From assembly GCA_023818895.1 (NCBI GenBank), contig JAMWCX010000003.1:219823-283822 (forward strand): 64,000 nucleotides of DNA, written 5' to 3'. This document shows positions 43,401 to 53,592 of this stretch, in pieces. Positions within the stretch are counted from its first letter, which is position 1. Each line of letters starts with the position of its first letter. Position numbers and translations under genes: made by a program. Source of the stretch: Candidatus Omnitrophota bacterium (GTDB lineage: Bacteria; Omnitrophota; Gorgyraeia; 2-01-FULL-45-10). The notes beneath the pieces were generated by a model. That model was not told the DNA's origin. It saw nothing but the letters and a program-made list of their open reading frames with translations, and made no database searches.

Positions 43401-44714
43401 ATGGACCTATTTGAGAAGAAGTCCAACGATACTCTAGATGAGCCGCTGGCGCTGAGGATGAGACCGAAGACACTCGATGATTTCGTAGGCCAAGATCACG
43501 TGTTGGGCAAGGATAAGCTACTGCGCCGCCTCATCGAGACCGACCGAATAATGTCTTTGATACTTTACGGCCCCCCAGGATGCGGGAAGACGACGCTCGC
43601 GCTTATTATAAGCGATAAGACAAGATCCCATTTTGAGCGCATAAATGCCGCTTCCCACAACGTCGCTGATATGAGGCGCATTATCGACGCGGCGAAACGC
43701 CGTCAGGCTATAGAAGGAAGGCGCACGATATTGCTCATCGACGAAATCCACCGTTTTAACAAGGCCCAGCAGGATGTCCTCATGCCCGATGTGGAGGCAG
43801 GCAATCCCGTCCTCATAGGCACTACTACTCATAACCCATTTTTTTATGTAAATTCCGCGCTTCTTTCGCGCTCTCAAGTCTTTGAATTCAAGAAGCTCTC
43901 TGATGAAGACGTAGTTATTATTTTAAAACGCGCCCTTGAAGATAAAGAACGCGGCCTTGGCAAGATGGCGATAGATATGGAAGAAGAGGCGCTTAAACAC
44001 CTCGCCAAAGTTTCAGAGGGCGATGCCAGGCGGGCCCTCTCGGCGCTGGAAGTCGGTTGCCTTTCGACAAAGGCCGGTAAGGATAAAAAGATACATTTCA
44101 CAGTCAAGGTAGCCGAGGAATCGATACAGAAGAAGGCCGTGGTATATGACAAGGACGAGGATGGCCACTACGATACGATATCGGCGTTCATAAAGTCTAT
44201 GCGGGGCTCCGATCCGGACGCTGTGTTATACTGGCTCGCTAAAATGATATATGCCGGCGAGGATCCGAGGTTCATTGCTCGCCGCATAGTGATTTGCGCC
44301 GCCGAGGATGTAGGCAACGCAGATCCTCAAGCGCTCGTTGTGGCTAACGCTGCCCTCCAGGTCTCGGAATTTGTCGGCATGCCGGAAGCGAGGATTCCTC
44401 TTGCCCAGGCCGCGGTCTATGTGGCGTGTGCCCCAAAATCAAACGCCGCGTATCTTGGCATCGAAGCCGCACTTAAGGATGTTGAAGAGGGGCGACTACT
44501 TGACGTCCCAGATCATCTTAAGGATGCAACCCTCGATGGAACCGTGTTTGGTCACGGCAAGGGCTATAAATACGCACATGATTTCAAGGATCATTACGTA
44601 AAACAGCAGTATAAGCCATCGGATACCAAGTATTACATCCCGACGAATATGGGCTATGAAGCGAAAATAAAAGAGTGGCTAGAAAAGCTGAAGAATACAA
44701 CCCCGTCCCCTTAA
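43401..44714 (+). CDS. rarA: replication-associated recombination protein A (AAA+ ATPase RarA/MgsA)
   Basis: 437 aa, Walker [10 protein letters not shown], Walker [13 protein letters not shown]-terminal MgsA domains. Confidence 0.85.
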   Translation: MDLFEKKSNDTLDEPLALRMRPKTLDDFVGQDHVLGKDKLLRRLIETDRIMSLILYGPPGCGKTTLALIISDKTRSHFERINAASHNVADMRRIIDAAKRRQAIEGRRTILLIDEIHRFNKAQQDVLMPDVEAGNPVLIGTTTHNPFFYVNSALLSRSQVFEFKKLSDEDVVIILKRALEDKERGLGKMAIDMEEEALKHLAKVSEGDARRALSALEVGCLSTKAGKDKKIHFTVKVAEESIQKKAVVYDKDEDGHYDTISAFIKSMRGSDPDAVLYWLAKMIYAGEDPRFIARRIVICAAEDVGNADPQALVVANAALQVSEFVGMPEARIPLAQAAVYVACAPKSNAAYLGIEAALKDVEEGRLLDVPDHLKDATLDGTVFGHGKGYKYAHDFKDHYVKQQYKPSDTKYYIPTNMGYEAKIKEWLEKLKNTTPSP

Positions 44715-44748
44715 AGGAAGGGCTATATGGGCGAAAAGAGGGCGCGAT

Positions 44749-45741
44749 ATGACCAAAAAAGCGGTCGTTCTATTCTCTGGAGGACTAGACTCGATACTGG
44801 CAACACGGCTTATGATGGAGCTGGGCATAGAGGTTGCGTGCGTTCACTACTATATCGAGTTTGCTGCCTGCGGAGGAGGGGAAACATCGGCTGTTAATGC
44901 CGCTAAAATGCTCGGCGTTCCGATCAAGATATTCGATATCACTGCAGAATATCTTGAAATGTTCAGAAATCCAAAACATGGTTATGGCGCGAATATAAAT
45001 CCCTGCATCGACTGCAAGATACTTATGCTTAAGAAGGCAAAGGAATATATGGCCGAAATTGGCGCTTCGTTTCTTGTGACCGGCGAGGTCCTCGGCGAAA
45101 GGCCGATGTCGCAGCGCAGAGATGCTCTAAACATTATAGAAAAAAACAGCGGCGTGCGCGGCATTCTCCTTAGGCCGCTTTCAGCAAAGTTGCTGGTGCC
45201 GACTATTCCGGAAGCAAAAGGCGTCGTTGACCGCGAAAAGCTTCTCGATATACAGGGCCGTAGCCGCAAGATACAGATGGAGCTTGCCGCGCGTTTCGGC
45301 ATAAAGGAATATCCAAATCCATCAGGAGGATGTCTTCTCACCGACCCAGGTTTTACAAAAAGAGTCAAAGACCTCATAGCGCACAACGACCTGAGCCTTG
45401 AAAGCCTGCGGCTTTTGAAGGTTGGCCGCCACTTCAGGCTGTCAGACAAGTCGAAACTTATCATAGGACGAGACAAAAATGAGAACAAATATATGCAGAG
45501 CCTCGCCAAAGACGGCGATGTCTGCATAAGGCTTAAAGACAGGCAGGGCCCATTTTCGATAATTCGCGGCTTTGCCGACGAGCCTCTTATAAAACGGGCA
45601 TGTGAAATAGTGGCGCAGCATACTAAATTCCGAAGCGAAGAATTTCTCAATATCCTTTGGTGGCGAAAAGGGGGTGATGAAAGGCAGATAGTTAAGGCCA
45701 GGGCGGCGTCCGCCGAAGAAATCAGCAAAAGCAGGATTTGA
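44749..45741 (+). CDS. ThiI-like PP-loop ATP pyrophosphatase (no THUMP/rhodanese domains) with uncharacterised C-terminal domain; putative sulfurtransferase
   Basis: 330 aa; PP-loop LFSGGLDS at residues 8-15; LVTGEVLGERPMSQRRDALNII…ILLRPL aligns with the ThiI catalytic region (VVTGEALGQVSSQTL…ILRPL); CIDCK motif. Confidence 0.5.
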   Translation: MTKKAVVLFSGGLDSILATRLMMELGIEVACVHYYIEFAACGGGETSAVNAAKMLGVPIKIFDITAEYLEMFRNPKHGYGANINPCIDCKILMLKKAKEYMAEIGASFLVTGEVLGERPMSQRRDALNIIEKNSGVRGILLRPLSAKLLVPTIPEAKGVVDREKLLDIQGRSRKIQMELAARFGIKEYPNPSGGCLLTDPGFTKRVKDLIAHNDLSLESLRLLKVGRHFRLSDKSKLIIGRDKNENKYMQSLAKDGDVCIRLKDRQGPFSIIRGFADEPLIKRACEIVAQHTKFRSEEFLNILWWRKGGDERQIVKARAASAEEISKSRI

Positions 45742-45766
45742 CATATCGATTGACATATGTTCTAAT
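45738..45766 (+). promoter_or_regulatory. putative sigma70-type promoter for the riboswitch-thiE-thi4 transcript (-35 TTGACA 45738-43, 17-nt spacer, -10 TCTAAT 45761-66)
   Basis: Hexamers and spacing seen in sequence; the -35 is part of a direct repeat TTGACATAT-CGA-TTGACATAT. Confidence 0.4.
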
Positions 45767-45778
45767 ATACACGCAAGT

Positions 45779-45867
45779 TCAGGGGAGGTTGTAAGGCAGC
45801 CTGAGAGTTCCGCGCAATAAGCGGATTACCCGAAGGACCTGATCCGGATAATGCCGGCGTAGGGAAG
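45779..45867 (+). promoter_or_regulatory. TPP (THI-box) riboswitch aptamer
   Basis: …AGGGGAGG…CAGCCUGAGAG…AUUACCCGAAGGACCUGAUCCGGAUAAUGCCGGCGUAGGGAAG… matches the conserved CUGAGA and ACCUGAUC.GGAUAAUGCC.GCGUAGGGAA cores of RF00059; upstream of thiE. Confidence 0.85.
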
Positions 45868-45880
45868 AAACATCAAGGCT

Positions 45881-45906
45881 CTTATGCATCGGCATAAGGG
45901 TTTTTT
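45881..45906 (+). terminator. riboswitch expression-platform intrinsic terminator (CUUAUGC-AUCG-GCAUAAG + GGGUUUUUUAUUU)
   Basis: 7-bp perfect hairpin followed by U6 immediately after the aptamer; the ORF-track ATG at 45884 lies inside this hairpin. Confidence 0.6.
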
Positions 45907-45931
45907 ATTTACAGGCGAGGTGAGCGCTATA

Positions 45932-46576
45932 ATGAGAAAAATAAAAGACCGTAGCCTATACCTTGTGATAAGCGAGGAATATTCGGATGGCAGGCCGGCA
46001 ATTTGGATCGCCGAAAGAGCGGTTGCCGGCGGTGTCGATATAATCCAGATGCGGGAAAAGAATAAATCGATGCAGGAGCTTGTTGAAATCGGCAGCAAGA
46101 TGCGTGATATCTGCCAGAAATCAAGCGCCCTCTTCATCGTAAACGACGATCCGACGCTCGCTCTACAACTGCGCGCAGATGGGGTTCATCTTGGCCAAGA
46201 AGATATAGCCCGTTTTCCGATAAAAAAAGCGAGAGATATTCTCGGCCCCGAAAGGATAATAGGCGTTTCCACGCACTCAATTGAGGAGGCGAAAGAAGCC
46301 TGCGCAAAAGAAGTGGATTATATAGCTTTTGGGCCTATATTTCCAACCGAGGCCAAGGGCTATCATATAGGCAAAGAAGGCATAAAAGAGGTCTTGGCGC
46401 TGGTAAAAAAACCCGTATTTTTCATAGGGGGCATAAATCTGTCAAATATAGCAGAAGTCCTGGCTGAGGGAGGTCGTAATATCGCTCTCATAAGACCGAT
46501 AACTCAGGCGGTGGATGTTGAGTCTGCGGTAAAAAAGTTTAAGAAGGCTCTTATACGGCCGGAAGGAGCAAGATGA
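45932..46576 (+). CDS. thiE: thiamine-phosphate synthase (start re-called to ATG 45932, downstream of the riboswitch terminator)
   Basis: 215 aa from [16 protein letters not shown]…; GAGGT RBS 8 nt upstream; ThiE motifs (…VQLREK-like IQMREK, …GVHLGQED…, …VSTH…). Confidence 0.8.
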   Translation: MRKIKDRSLYLVISEEYSDGRPAIWIAERAVAGGVDIIQMREKNKSMQELVEIGSKMRDICQKSSALFIVNDDPTLALQLRADGVHLGQEDIARFPIKKARDILGPERIIGVSTHSIEEAKEACAKEVDYIAFGPIFPTEAKGYHIGKEGIKEVLALVKKPVFFIGGINLSNIAEVLAEGGRNIALIRPITQAVDVESAVKKFKKALIRPEGAR

Positions 46577-47346
46577 AACTGGATGAGATAAAGATATCTA
46601 AAGCGATAATAGAAACCTATAAGGACAAGCTTGTGTCCGCCCTGGACATAGATGTAGCTATAGTTGGGGCCGGCCCCGCCGGCATGGTTTGTGGTTATTA
46701 TCTCGCCAGGAATGACAGGAGGGTTGCGATATTCGAGCGGAAGCTTTCCGTCGGAGGCGGGATGTGGGGCGGCGGCATCATGTTCAATGAGATAGTGGTG
46801 CAGGAAGCGGCGAAGAGGATACTGGACGAATTCGGCGTCAGGACGAAAAGCTACGAGAAAGGCTATTATACCGCCGATTCAATCGAAGCCGTCTCTACCA
46901 TATGCTCAAGGACCGTCAAGGCAGGGGTCAGAATATTTAATCTCATGAGCGTCGAGGATGTGATGGTAAGGAAGAACAGAATCTGCGGGCTTGTTCTGAA
47001 CTGGACAGCCGTTGAAATAGCGGCCTTGCATGTTGACCCCATCTCAATGGCGGCGCGCTTTGTAGTAGATGCGACAGGACACGCCGCGGAGGTTGCCCGC
47101 ATAGCAGAAAAAAAGTCCGGACTGAAATTAAAGACAAAAACAGGCAGGACAATAGGCGAAGGCTCCATGTGGGCGGATGTCGGCGAGGATACGATCGTGA
47201 AAAACTCTAAAGAGGTTGCCCCAGGCCTTTATACCTGCGGCATGTGCGCCAACGCTGTTCTCGGCGGTCCGCGCATGGGACCAATATTTGGCGGGATGCT
47301 TCTTTCAGGCGAGAAAGTGGCAAAGGATATCCTGCAGCGTTTATAA
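46573..47346 (+). CDS. thi4: thiazole synthase Thi4 (archaeal-type, His in place of the yeast suicide Cys: [11 protein letters not shown])
   Basis: 257 aa; FAD dinucleotide fold [10 protein letters not shown], Thi4 family pattern; 4-nt overlap with thiE. Confidence 0.85.
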   Translation: MKLDEIKISKAIIETYKDKLVSALDIDVAIVGAGPAGMVCGYYLARNDRRVAIFERKLSVGGGMWGGGIMFNEIVVQEAAKRILDEFGVRTKSYEKGYYTADSIEAVSTICSRTVKAGVRIFNLMSVEDVMVRKNRICGLVLNWTAVEIAALHVDPISMAARFVVDATGHAAEVARIAEKKSGLKLKTKTGRTIGEGSMWADVGEDTIVKNSKEVAPGLYTCGMCANAVLGGPRMGPIFGGMLLSGEKVAKDILQRL

Positions 47347-47370
47347 TCTTCCATAGAAATAATAAAATTC

Positions 47371-47398
47371 TTGACAAAAATGAATATTGGTGTATAAT
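47371..47398 (+). promoter_or_regulatory. near-consensus sigma70 promoter (-35 TTGACA 47371-76, 16-nt spacer, -10 TATAAT 47393-98) for the Rrf2-cysK operon
   Basis: Perfect hexamers seen in sequence, 88 nt upstream of the Rrf2 GTG start. Confidence 0.65.
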
Positions 47399-47486
47399 CA
47401 CTACTAAAATAATCATATTTATCGGAATTTATATGGTAAACCAAGTTGCCAGTTTGAAAGAGCAAAAAGCTGTGAGGTGACAGCGG

Positions 47487-47951
47487 GTGAAGATAACATA
47501 TAAAGGCGATTACGCTCTCAAGGCTATATTCCAACTCGCCCTGCACTATGGTAAGTCGGATGAGTGTGTGATGTCCATTTCCGAAATAGCCAAACTTGGT
47601 GATATGCCTGTTAAATTTCTTGAGCAGATACTCCTTGCGCTTAGAAGGGGCGGTTTCGTGAAATCAAGACGCGGAGTGAAAGGCGGTTTTCTTTTGGCCA
47701 GGCACCCGAAAGAGATAAAGGTGGGTGAAGTGATAAGGTTTATGGAGGGGCCCATAGAGCCCATAGCCTGCGTTGAAAAGGAATCATACAAAGGATGTAA
47801 GGATGTTGCGGGATGCATATTTCGCGATATTTGGAAAGAGGTTAAAAATTCTGTATGCGCCATAGTTGATGCGCTGACCTTCGAAGACCTGATAATTCGT
47901 TATAAGGAAAAGAGCTTAAAAAAATCATCCATGCTTGAATACAATATATAG
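47487..47951 (+). CDS. Rrf2-family transcriptional regulator (CymR/IscR-like, Cys-x8-Cys-x5-Cys; GTG start)
   Basis: 154 aa; N-terminal w[21 protein letters not shown]…, putative Fe-S ligands in [18 protein letters not shown]. Confidence 0.8.
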   Translation: MKITYKGDYALKAIFQLALHYGKSDECVMSISEIAKLGDMPVKFLEQILLALRRGGFVKSRRGVKGGFLLARHPKEIKVGEVIRFMEGPIEPIACVEKESYKGCKDVAGCIFRDIWKEVKNSVCAIVDALTFEDLIIRYKEKSLKKSSMLEYNI

Positions 47952-47959
47952 AGGAAAGT

Positions 47960-48889
47960 ATGAGTATGAATATAGCCAACAATGTAATAGAACTTATAGG
48001 GAAAACGCCCATGGTGCGTTTAAGGCGCCTTATTACCTCCGGTATGGCCGAGGTTGTTGCTAAGCTTGAGTATTTCAACCCAGGCGGAAGCGTAAAAGAT
48101 AGGATATGCCTCGCCATGATAGAGGACGCAGAGAAAAAGGGGCTTCTCAAAAAGGGCGCGACCATAATAGAGCCAACGAGCGGTAATACGGGCATAGGCC
48201 TTGCCATGATAGCCGCCGCAAAAGGATATAAGTGCCTTCTTACCATGCCAGACACCATGTCAGTGGAGCGCCGCCAGATTCTCAGATCATACGGCGCTGA
48301 GATAGTGTTAACACCGGGCACTGAAGGAATGAAGGGCGCTGTGAAGAAGGCGGAAGAATTATGCAAAAAAACAGCCGACAGCTTCATGCCTCAGCAGTTC
48401 GAAAATCCGTCGAACCCGGCCGCCCACCGGCGTACCACCGCCGTAGAGATACTTGAGCAGACAAAGGGAATGCTCGATGCTTTTGTGGCAGGAGTTGGGA
48501 CAGGGGGAACCATTACCGGTGTCGGTGAAGTCTTGAAAAAGCACAATGCCGGCATAAAAATAGTCGCTGTTGAACCGAAAAAAAGCCCGGTACTATCAGG
48601 CGGACCGGCCGGACCTCACCGTATACAGGGTATAGGCGCAGGTTTTATTCCGCGCGTCCTTAACCGTAGCGTTATTGACAGAATAATCCAGGTGGAAGAT
48701 AATGATGCGTTTCTTGTCGCAAAGGCCTTGGCCAAAGACGAAGGCCTTTTTGTGGGGATATCGAGCGGCGCCGCCGTTTACGCAGCTCTTAAGATAGCAA
48801 AGGAGATGGGTGAAGGTAAGAGGGTGGTCGCTATTCTACCGGATACAGGCGAACGTTATCTATCAATGGAAGAGCATATTAAGGCATAG
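47960..48889 (+). CDS. cysK: cysteine synthase A (O-acetylserine sulfhydrylase)
   Basis: 309 aa; PLP-lysine motif [27 protein letters not shown]. Confidence 0.9.
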   Translation: MSMNIANNVIELIGKTPMVRLRRLITSGMAEVVAKLEYFNPGGSVKDRICLAMIEDAEKKGLLKKGATIIEPTSGNTGIGLAMIAAAKGYKCLLTMPDTMSVERRQILRSYGAEIVLTPGTEGMKGAVKKAEELCKKTADSFMPQQFENPSNPAAHRRTTAVEILEQTKGMLDAFVAGVGTGGTITGVGEVLKKHNAGIKIVAVEPKKSPVLSGGPAGPHRIQGIGAGFIPRVLNRSVIDRIIQVEDNDAFLVAKALAKDEGLFVGISSGAAVYAALKIAKEMGEGKRVVAILPDTGERYLSMEEHIKA

Positions 48890-48915
48890 GTTCGGGATAT
48901 GGAGGGTAAGACAGC

Positions 48916-50133
48916 ATGGCAAAGACGATAAAAGAGATAAACGAAAAGATAAAACGCGGCGAGGCGGTAGTAGTGACAGCCGAAGAGGTCATCGACCTTG
49001 TCGAAAAGAAGGGCCTTAAAGAAACGGCAAGGCATGTCGATGTCGTTACAACAGGGACATTCGGGCCGATGTGCTCGTCCGGCGTTTACTTGAATGTGGG
49101 TCACGCCAAACCGAAGATAAAGTTAGGAGGAGGTCATGTGACTTTAAACGGCGTGCCGGCGTATACGGGCTTCGCCGCCGTGGATATTTACATAGGCGCA
49201 ACCGCTATGCCTGACGACGACCCGCGCAATAAGGTCTATCCAGGCGAGTTTAGATATGGAGGCGGTCATGTAATAGAAGAGCTTGTGTCAGGTAAGGATA
49301 TAGTGCTCGAAGGCGCCGCTTACGGCACAGACTGTTATCCGCGCAAGCATATAAAGACTTATATAAATATAAAGGACTTGAACGAGGCCGTGCTTTTGAA
49401 TCCGCGCAACTGCTACCAGAACTACAATGTGGCGGTGAATGCATCTGACTCAAAGACAATCTACACATACATGGGCGCGCTCAAACCGGGCTTCGGCAAC
49501 GCTAACTATTGTTCGGCAGGGCAGCTTTCGCCGCTTCTTAAAGATCCGCTATACAGGACCATCGGAGTGGGTACCAGGATATTTCTTGGCGGCGGCGTCG
49601 GCTATGTCTACTGGCATGGCACCCAGCATAATCCTTCGGTGAAGCGCAAGGATAACGGTGTTCCGCAGGTGCCCGCCGGCACAATCGCAGTCATGGGCGA
49701 TCTCAAGCAGATGAGCCCTTCCTGGCTTAGGGGAATATCGTTTCAGGGATACGGCGTTAGCCTTACCGTCGGTCTCGGAATTCCGATACCTATCCTAAAT
49801 GAGGATGTGCTCAAGGATGCGGCCATAAAGGATGAAGATATCTGGACCCAAATCGTCGACTATAGCGAAGACTATCCACAGGGAAAACCAAACTCGCTCG
49901 GCGAGGTGAACTATAAACAACTCAAGAGCGGCTCTATTAATATTAAAGGTAAAGAGGTCCCGACGTCTTCTCTTTCGAGCTATGTGAAAGCGCTCGAAAT
50001 CGCAGAGGAACTCAAAAAATGGATAAAGGATAGAAAGTTTTTTCTGACAGAATATGTTCAAAGGCTGCCTGGAGCCGAATCAGGGTATTCTTTTAAGCCG
50101 CTGAAAGAAAGACCAGTTAAAGAGGAGGAATAA
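48916..50133 (+). CDS. DUF39/COG1900-family protein (putative sulfide-incorporating homocysteine biosynthesis enzyme)
   Basis: 405 aa; family assignment by recalled similarity to the methanogen COG1900 protein pattern, lacking CBS domains; immediately downstream of cysK. Confidence 0.5.
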   Translation: MAKTIKEINEKIKRGEAVVVTAEEVIDLVEKKGLKETARHVDVVTTGTFGPMCSSGVYLNVGHAKPKIKLGGGHVTLNGVPAYTGFAAVDIYIGATAMPDDDPRNKVYPGEFRYGGGHVIEELVSGKDIVLEGAAYGTDCYPRKHIKTYINIKDLNEAVLLNPRNCYQNYNVAVNASDSKTIYTYMGALKPGFGNANYCSAGQLSPLLKDPLYRTIGVGTRIFLGGGVGYVYWHGTQHNPSVKRKDNGVPQVPAGTIAVMGDLKQMSPSWLRGISFQGYGVSLTVGLGIPIPILNEDVLKDAAIKDEDIWTQIVDYSEDYPQGKPNSLGEVNYKQLKSGSINIKGKEVPTSSLSSYVKALEIAEELKKWIKDRKFFLTEYVQRLPGAESGYSFKPLKERPVKEEE

Positions 50134-50144
50134 CATTTCGAGAA

Positions 50145-51050
50145 ATGGAACATTTTTTTCACATATTTTTACATTATCTTGCAGAGATACTACCGGCACT
50201 CGCTATAGGATTTTTCATAAGCGGCCTGGTACATGAACTTGTCCCAGAAGAATCGGTTCTGAAATACCTGGGCTCGGGTGGCATAAAACCGATACTGGCC
50301 TCCACCGTTATCGGAACAATCCTTCCGGTCTGCTGTATTGGGAGCCTCCCGATAGCGGTTAGTTTCTACAAAAAAGGAGCTAAGCTCGGTCCTGTGCTCG
50401 CCTTTCTCGTTGCTACCCCTGCAACGTCTGTGAGCGCGCTACTCGTAGCCTACAGTGTCTTGGGCCCGCTTTTTACAGTCTATATTTTCTTCGCGGTAAT
50501 ATTAATGGGTGTCGCTATGGGATTTATAGGTGACGCTATAAGGTATACGCCAAGGACTGCGCCTGCCAAAGAAGTCTGCCCACATTGCGAGATAGACTCA
50601 ACGCATATTCACAAACACATGAAAAAGTCGCCGAAAGAGAGAATCGTCTCTGCTCTTAAATATGCGTACTTAGAATTGCCAAGGGAAATAGGCCTAGAGC
50701 TTCTAGCCGGAATACTGCTCGCCGCATTTGTGGCCACTTTTGTGCCTGTGGGGCGGCTTATAAAGATATATCTCAGCGGACCGCTAGGGTACGCCTTTGC
50801 TATCATATTTGGCATAGTTATGTATATTTGCTCAACCGCCACAGTGCCTCTGGTAGACAGCCTCATGAGACAGGGAATGAATTCCGGCGCCGGCATGACG
50901 CTTCTTCTTATCGGCCCGGTCACAAGCTATGGAACTATTCTTGTCCTTAGGAAAGAATATGGCCCGAAGGTTCTTGCCATATTTATCATTTCGCTTATAA
51001 TACTATCATTGATACTGGGTTTAGGCTTTTACGCTATAAGACCCACTTGA
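50145..51050 (+). CDS. DUF318/COG0701-type permease with paired Cys (LPVCCIGSLP), ArsP-like
   Basis: 301 aa, 8-9 predicted TM helices, conserved CC in a TM segment. Confidence 0.5.
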   Translation: MEHFFHIFLHYLAEILPALAIGFFISGLVHELVPEESVLKYLGSGGIKPILASTVIGTILPVCCIGSLPIAVSFYKKGAKLGPVLAFLVATPATSVSALLVAYSVLGPLFTVYIFFAVILMGVAMGFIGDAIRYTPRTAPAKEVCPHCEIDSTHIHKHMKKSPKERIVSALKYAYLELPREIGLELLAGILLAAFVATFVPVGRLIKIYLSGPLGYAFAIIFGIVMYICSTATVPLVDSLMRQGMNSGAGMTLLLIGPVTSYGTILVLRKEYGPKVLAIFIISLIILSLILGLGFYAIRPT

Positions 51051-51113
51051 GGTTGGAAATACGTTTGAGGTCAGGTGGCTCTTGGCGAGAGACGAGTTAT
51101 GGAGGATTAATAA

Positions 51114-51275
51114 TTGGATAAAGTTCGTCCTGTCTTCATCAGGCTGCTAATCGCGGCAGCCACCGTATATGTAATCGGAACAACTTTTATATTGTCAGAA
51201 CTGATAGAAAAAATCGGCAGGCTGGAGTTTGAGATGATTCATCTTACCGGAAAATGCACCGCGCACCATAAGTGA
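51114..51275 (+). CDS. unannotated small membrane ORF (53 aa, TTG start) with C-terminal CxxHH
   Basis: Translation LDKVRPVFIRLLIAAATVYVIGTTFILSELIEKIGRLEFEMIHLTGKCTAHHK; GGAGG 8 nt upstream; follows an in-frame TAA-TAA; below the ORF-track size cut-off. Confidence 0.3.
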   Translation: MDKVRPVFIRLLIAAATVYVIGTTFILSELIEKIGRLEFEMIHLTGKCTAHHK

Positions 51276-51291
51276 TTGAAAGATTAAGATC

Positions 51292-52554
51292 GTGAAACCG
51301 CTGGTGATATTAATATTTTTGGCGGCATATACGCTCATAGTCCTTAAAAAAGGTAACCCATTCGTTGTCCTCGCCTCGGCAATAGGCGCATTCCTTGCGA
51401 TAGGCGCGCTTAGTTTTCGCGAGGCCTTCCTTAGCATAAACTTCAATGTGTTGGGAGTCTTTTGGGGCACGATGGTCCTTTCAGGATTATTTATCTTTTC
51501 AAAAGTTCCCGCTTTTTTGGCCACAATGCTCGTTGACAGGGCACGCTCCATAGGGACAGCGATGCTCTACGTATGCTTTTTATCTGGTTTCATTTCGAGT
51601 TTTGTCGAGAATGTCGCCACCGTCCTCATCGTGGGCCCTATAGCGCTTGAGGTTGCCAGAAAACTTAAGGCAGATCCAGTCCCTTTCCTTATAGGGCTCG
51701 CCGTCTCATCGAACTTGCAGGGCTGCGCCACAATGGTTGGTGACAGCCCTAGCATAATACTCGCCATGTCGAGCGGGATGAATTTTATGGATTTCTTTTG
51801 GATGAAAGGGAGGCCCGGCATAACGTTCGCCGTTGAGCTGGGAGCGCTCGCCTCATTCTTGGTGCTCTGGCTAATGTTCAGGAAATACAAGGAGCCTGTC
51901 AGCCGGGTTGAAGAAACGAGTGTCAAGACATGGATTCCGACCATTCTAATGACCATGATGATGTTGACGCTCGGCCTTTCCAGCTTTATTCCTGATAAAC
52001 CACCTTATACGGTAGCCGGTATCTGCGTCATATACGGCATCGTGGGCCTTCTCTGGCACGAGCTGCGTCACAAAGAATCAATATCTATTTTTAGAGATCT
52101 CGACTGGCATACCTTCTTTTTCCTGATAGGCATATTTATATTAGTCGGCACTCTTACGCAGCGGGGGATAGTAGACGACATAGCGAAATATATCATAACC
52201 TACACAAAGGGCAATGTATTTATTGCCTTCACAATTATCGTCTGGGTTTCGGTAATACTATCAGCCTTCATCGACAATATTCCATATACGATAGCGATGA
52301 TACCTGTCGCCAAGATTGTCGCAAGCTCTATGGGTATAGGGTCGGAACTTTTTCTATTCGGGCTTCTGGTGGGCACCTCTTTAGGCGGCAATATAACACC
52401 TATCGGGGCTTCTGCGAATATCGTCGCCGTTGGCATGCTTCGGAAAGAGAAATATCAAGTCAGCTTCGGCGACTTTGTGAAGATAGGACTGCCTTTTACT
52501 ATAGCGGCCGTTGGCACGGCCTATCTTTTTCTTTGGGTCGTGTGGGGAAAATAA
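51292..52554 (+). CDS. ArsB/NhaD-superfamily anion permease (GTG start)
   Basis: 420 aa, ~12 TM helices, internal duplication typical of ArsB/NhaD/citrate-transporter fold. Confidence 0.6.
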   Translation: MKPLVILIFLAAYTLIVLKKGNPFVVLASAIGAFLAIGALSFREAFLSINFNVLGVFWGTMVLSGLFIFSKVPAFLATMLVDRARSIGTAMLYVCFLSGFISSFVENVATVLIVGPIALEVARKLKADPVPFLIGLAVSSNLQGCATMVGDSPSIILAMSSGMNFMDFFWMKGRPGITFAVELGALASFLVLWLMFRKYKEPVSRVEETSVKTWIPTILMTMMMLTLGLSSFIPDKPPYTVAGICVIYGIVGLLWHELRHKESISIFRDLDWHTFFFLIGIFILVGTLTQRGIVDDIAKYIITYTKGNVFIAFTIIVWVSVILSAFIDNIPYTIAMIPVAKIVASSMGIGSELFLFGLLVGTSLGGNITPIGASANIVAVGMLRKEKYQVSFGDFVKIGLPFTIAAVGTAYLFLWVVWGK

Positions 52555-52592
52555 TTACTCTTTAGCAGTGGCTGCTGTGATATAATCTAAAG

Positions 52593-52847
52593 TTGCATAA
52601 CGAATGGAGAAATGCCATGCCGATCCGCAAGATGCTGTTATTAGGCCTTACAGCGCTTTTGATAGCCACCGGGCTCATCGCATTGACATGTGCGGTCACA
52701 AGCGCTCAAGGGCCCGCTTCTCAGGGTGAAGAGCTTTTGGCTAAGATTAATGAAATACTAGCTAATCAGAAAGATATCATCGAAGATTTAGCCGCCATCA
52801 AGGAAGAACTGCGGATAATAAAGATAAGGGTTACCCAGCAGTTGTAG
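52593..52847 (+). CDS. small secreted coiled-coil protein (signal peptide; start possibly at MPIRKM 52617)
   Basis: 84 aa; hydrophobic LLLGLTALLIATGLIAL followed by AQG cleavage-like site and heptad-rich tail. Confidence 0.35.
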   Translation: MHNEWRNAMPIRKMLLLGLTALLIATGLIALTCAVTSAQGPASQGEELLAKINEILANQKDIIEDLAAIKEELRIIKIRVTQQL

Positions 52848-52866
52848 CGCGAAAGGACTATGTGAC

Positions 52867-53592
52867 ATGGCTACCGAAAACGTCTCTTATCTGGTTGCGT
52901 TCACAGCCGGAATTCTGACATTTCTTTCACCCTGCATATTGCCTTTAGTGCCCTCATTCATCGCCTATATAACAGGTGTTTCATTCGGCGATCTTAAAGA
53001 CGGACACAAGAGCGAAAAGATACGTTTCAGCATACTGAGCCATACCATACTATTCATACTCGGTTTCTCTATCGTGTTTATAATTCTCGGTCTTACCGCT
53101 ACAGCTATAGGCCAAGCGCTCTTTCACTATCAGAGACCTATCAGGATAGGAGGGGGTGCGCTGATAGTGATTTTTGGTCTTACGCTGGCCGGCATAATAA
53201 AGATACCGTTTTTGCAGAAGGAACATCAGTTCCATGTGCACGCGAAAAAGGCCAGCTACGTCGGTTCATTTTTGGTGGGAGTGACCTTTGCCGCCGCATG
53301 GACACCTTGCGCCGGTCCGATACTCGGTTCGATACTCGTGATGGCCGGCACAGGGGAGAGCGTTGCCGAAGGAGCGAGGTTACTAACTTTATATTCGGCC
53401 GGTATAGCGATACCGTTTCTCTTCACAGCGCTTGCGACGCATTCTTTTTTGGGGTATTTTAATCGCTTCAAGAGGGTAATGGCCGGCGTCAATGTGATAG
53501 CGGGTATATTCCTGATCATAATAGGTATCCTTATAATGACCGATTACCTCAATGTTCTATCGGAAAAGATGCTCAGTATCTTTTCGAAATAA
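52867..53592 (+). CDS. ccdA: cytochrome c-type biogenesis / thiol-disulfide transporter CcdA (DsbD beta-domain family)
   Basis: 241 aa, two conserved Cys in TM1/TM4 (FLSPCILPL…WTPCAGP). Confidence 0.8.
   Translation: MATENVSYLVAFTAGILTFLSPCILPLVPSFIAYITGVSFGDLKDGHKSEKIRFSILSHTILFILGFSIVFIILGLTATAIGQALFHYQRPIRIGGGALIVIFGLTLAGIIKIPFLQKEHQFHVHAKKASYVGSFLVGVTFAAAWTPCAGPILGSILVMAGTGESVAEGARLLTLYSAGIAIPFLFTALATHSFLGYFNRFKRVMAGVNVIAGIFLIIIGILIMTDYLNVLSEKMLSIFSK

Noticed and set aside
51195-51551. 118-aa minus-strand ORF overlapping the small peptide gene and the ArsB-like start
   Set aside because: It is antisense to a well-supported permease, and no RBS or family resemblance is apparent.
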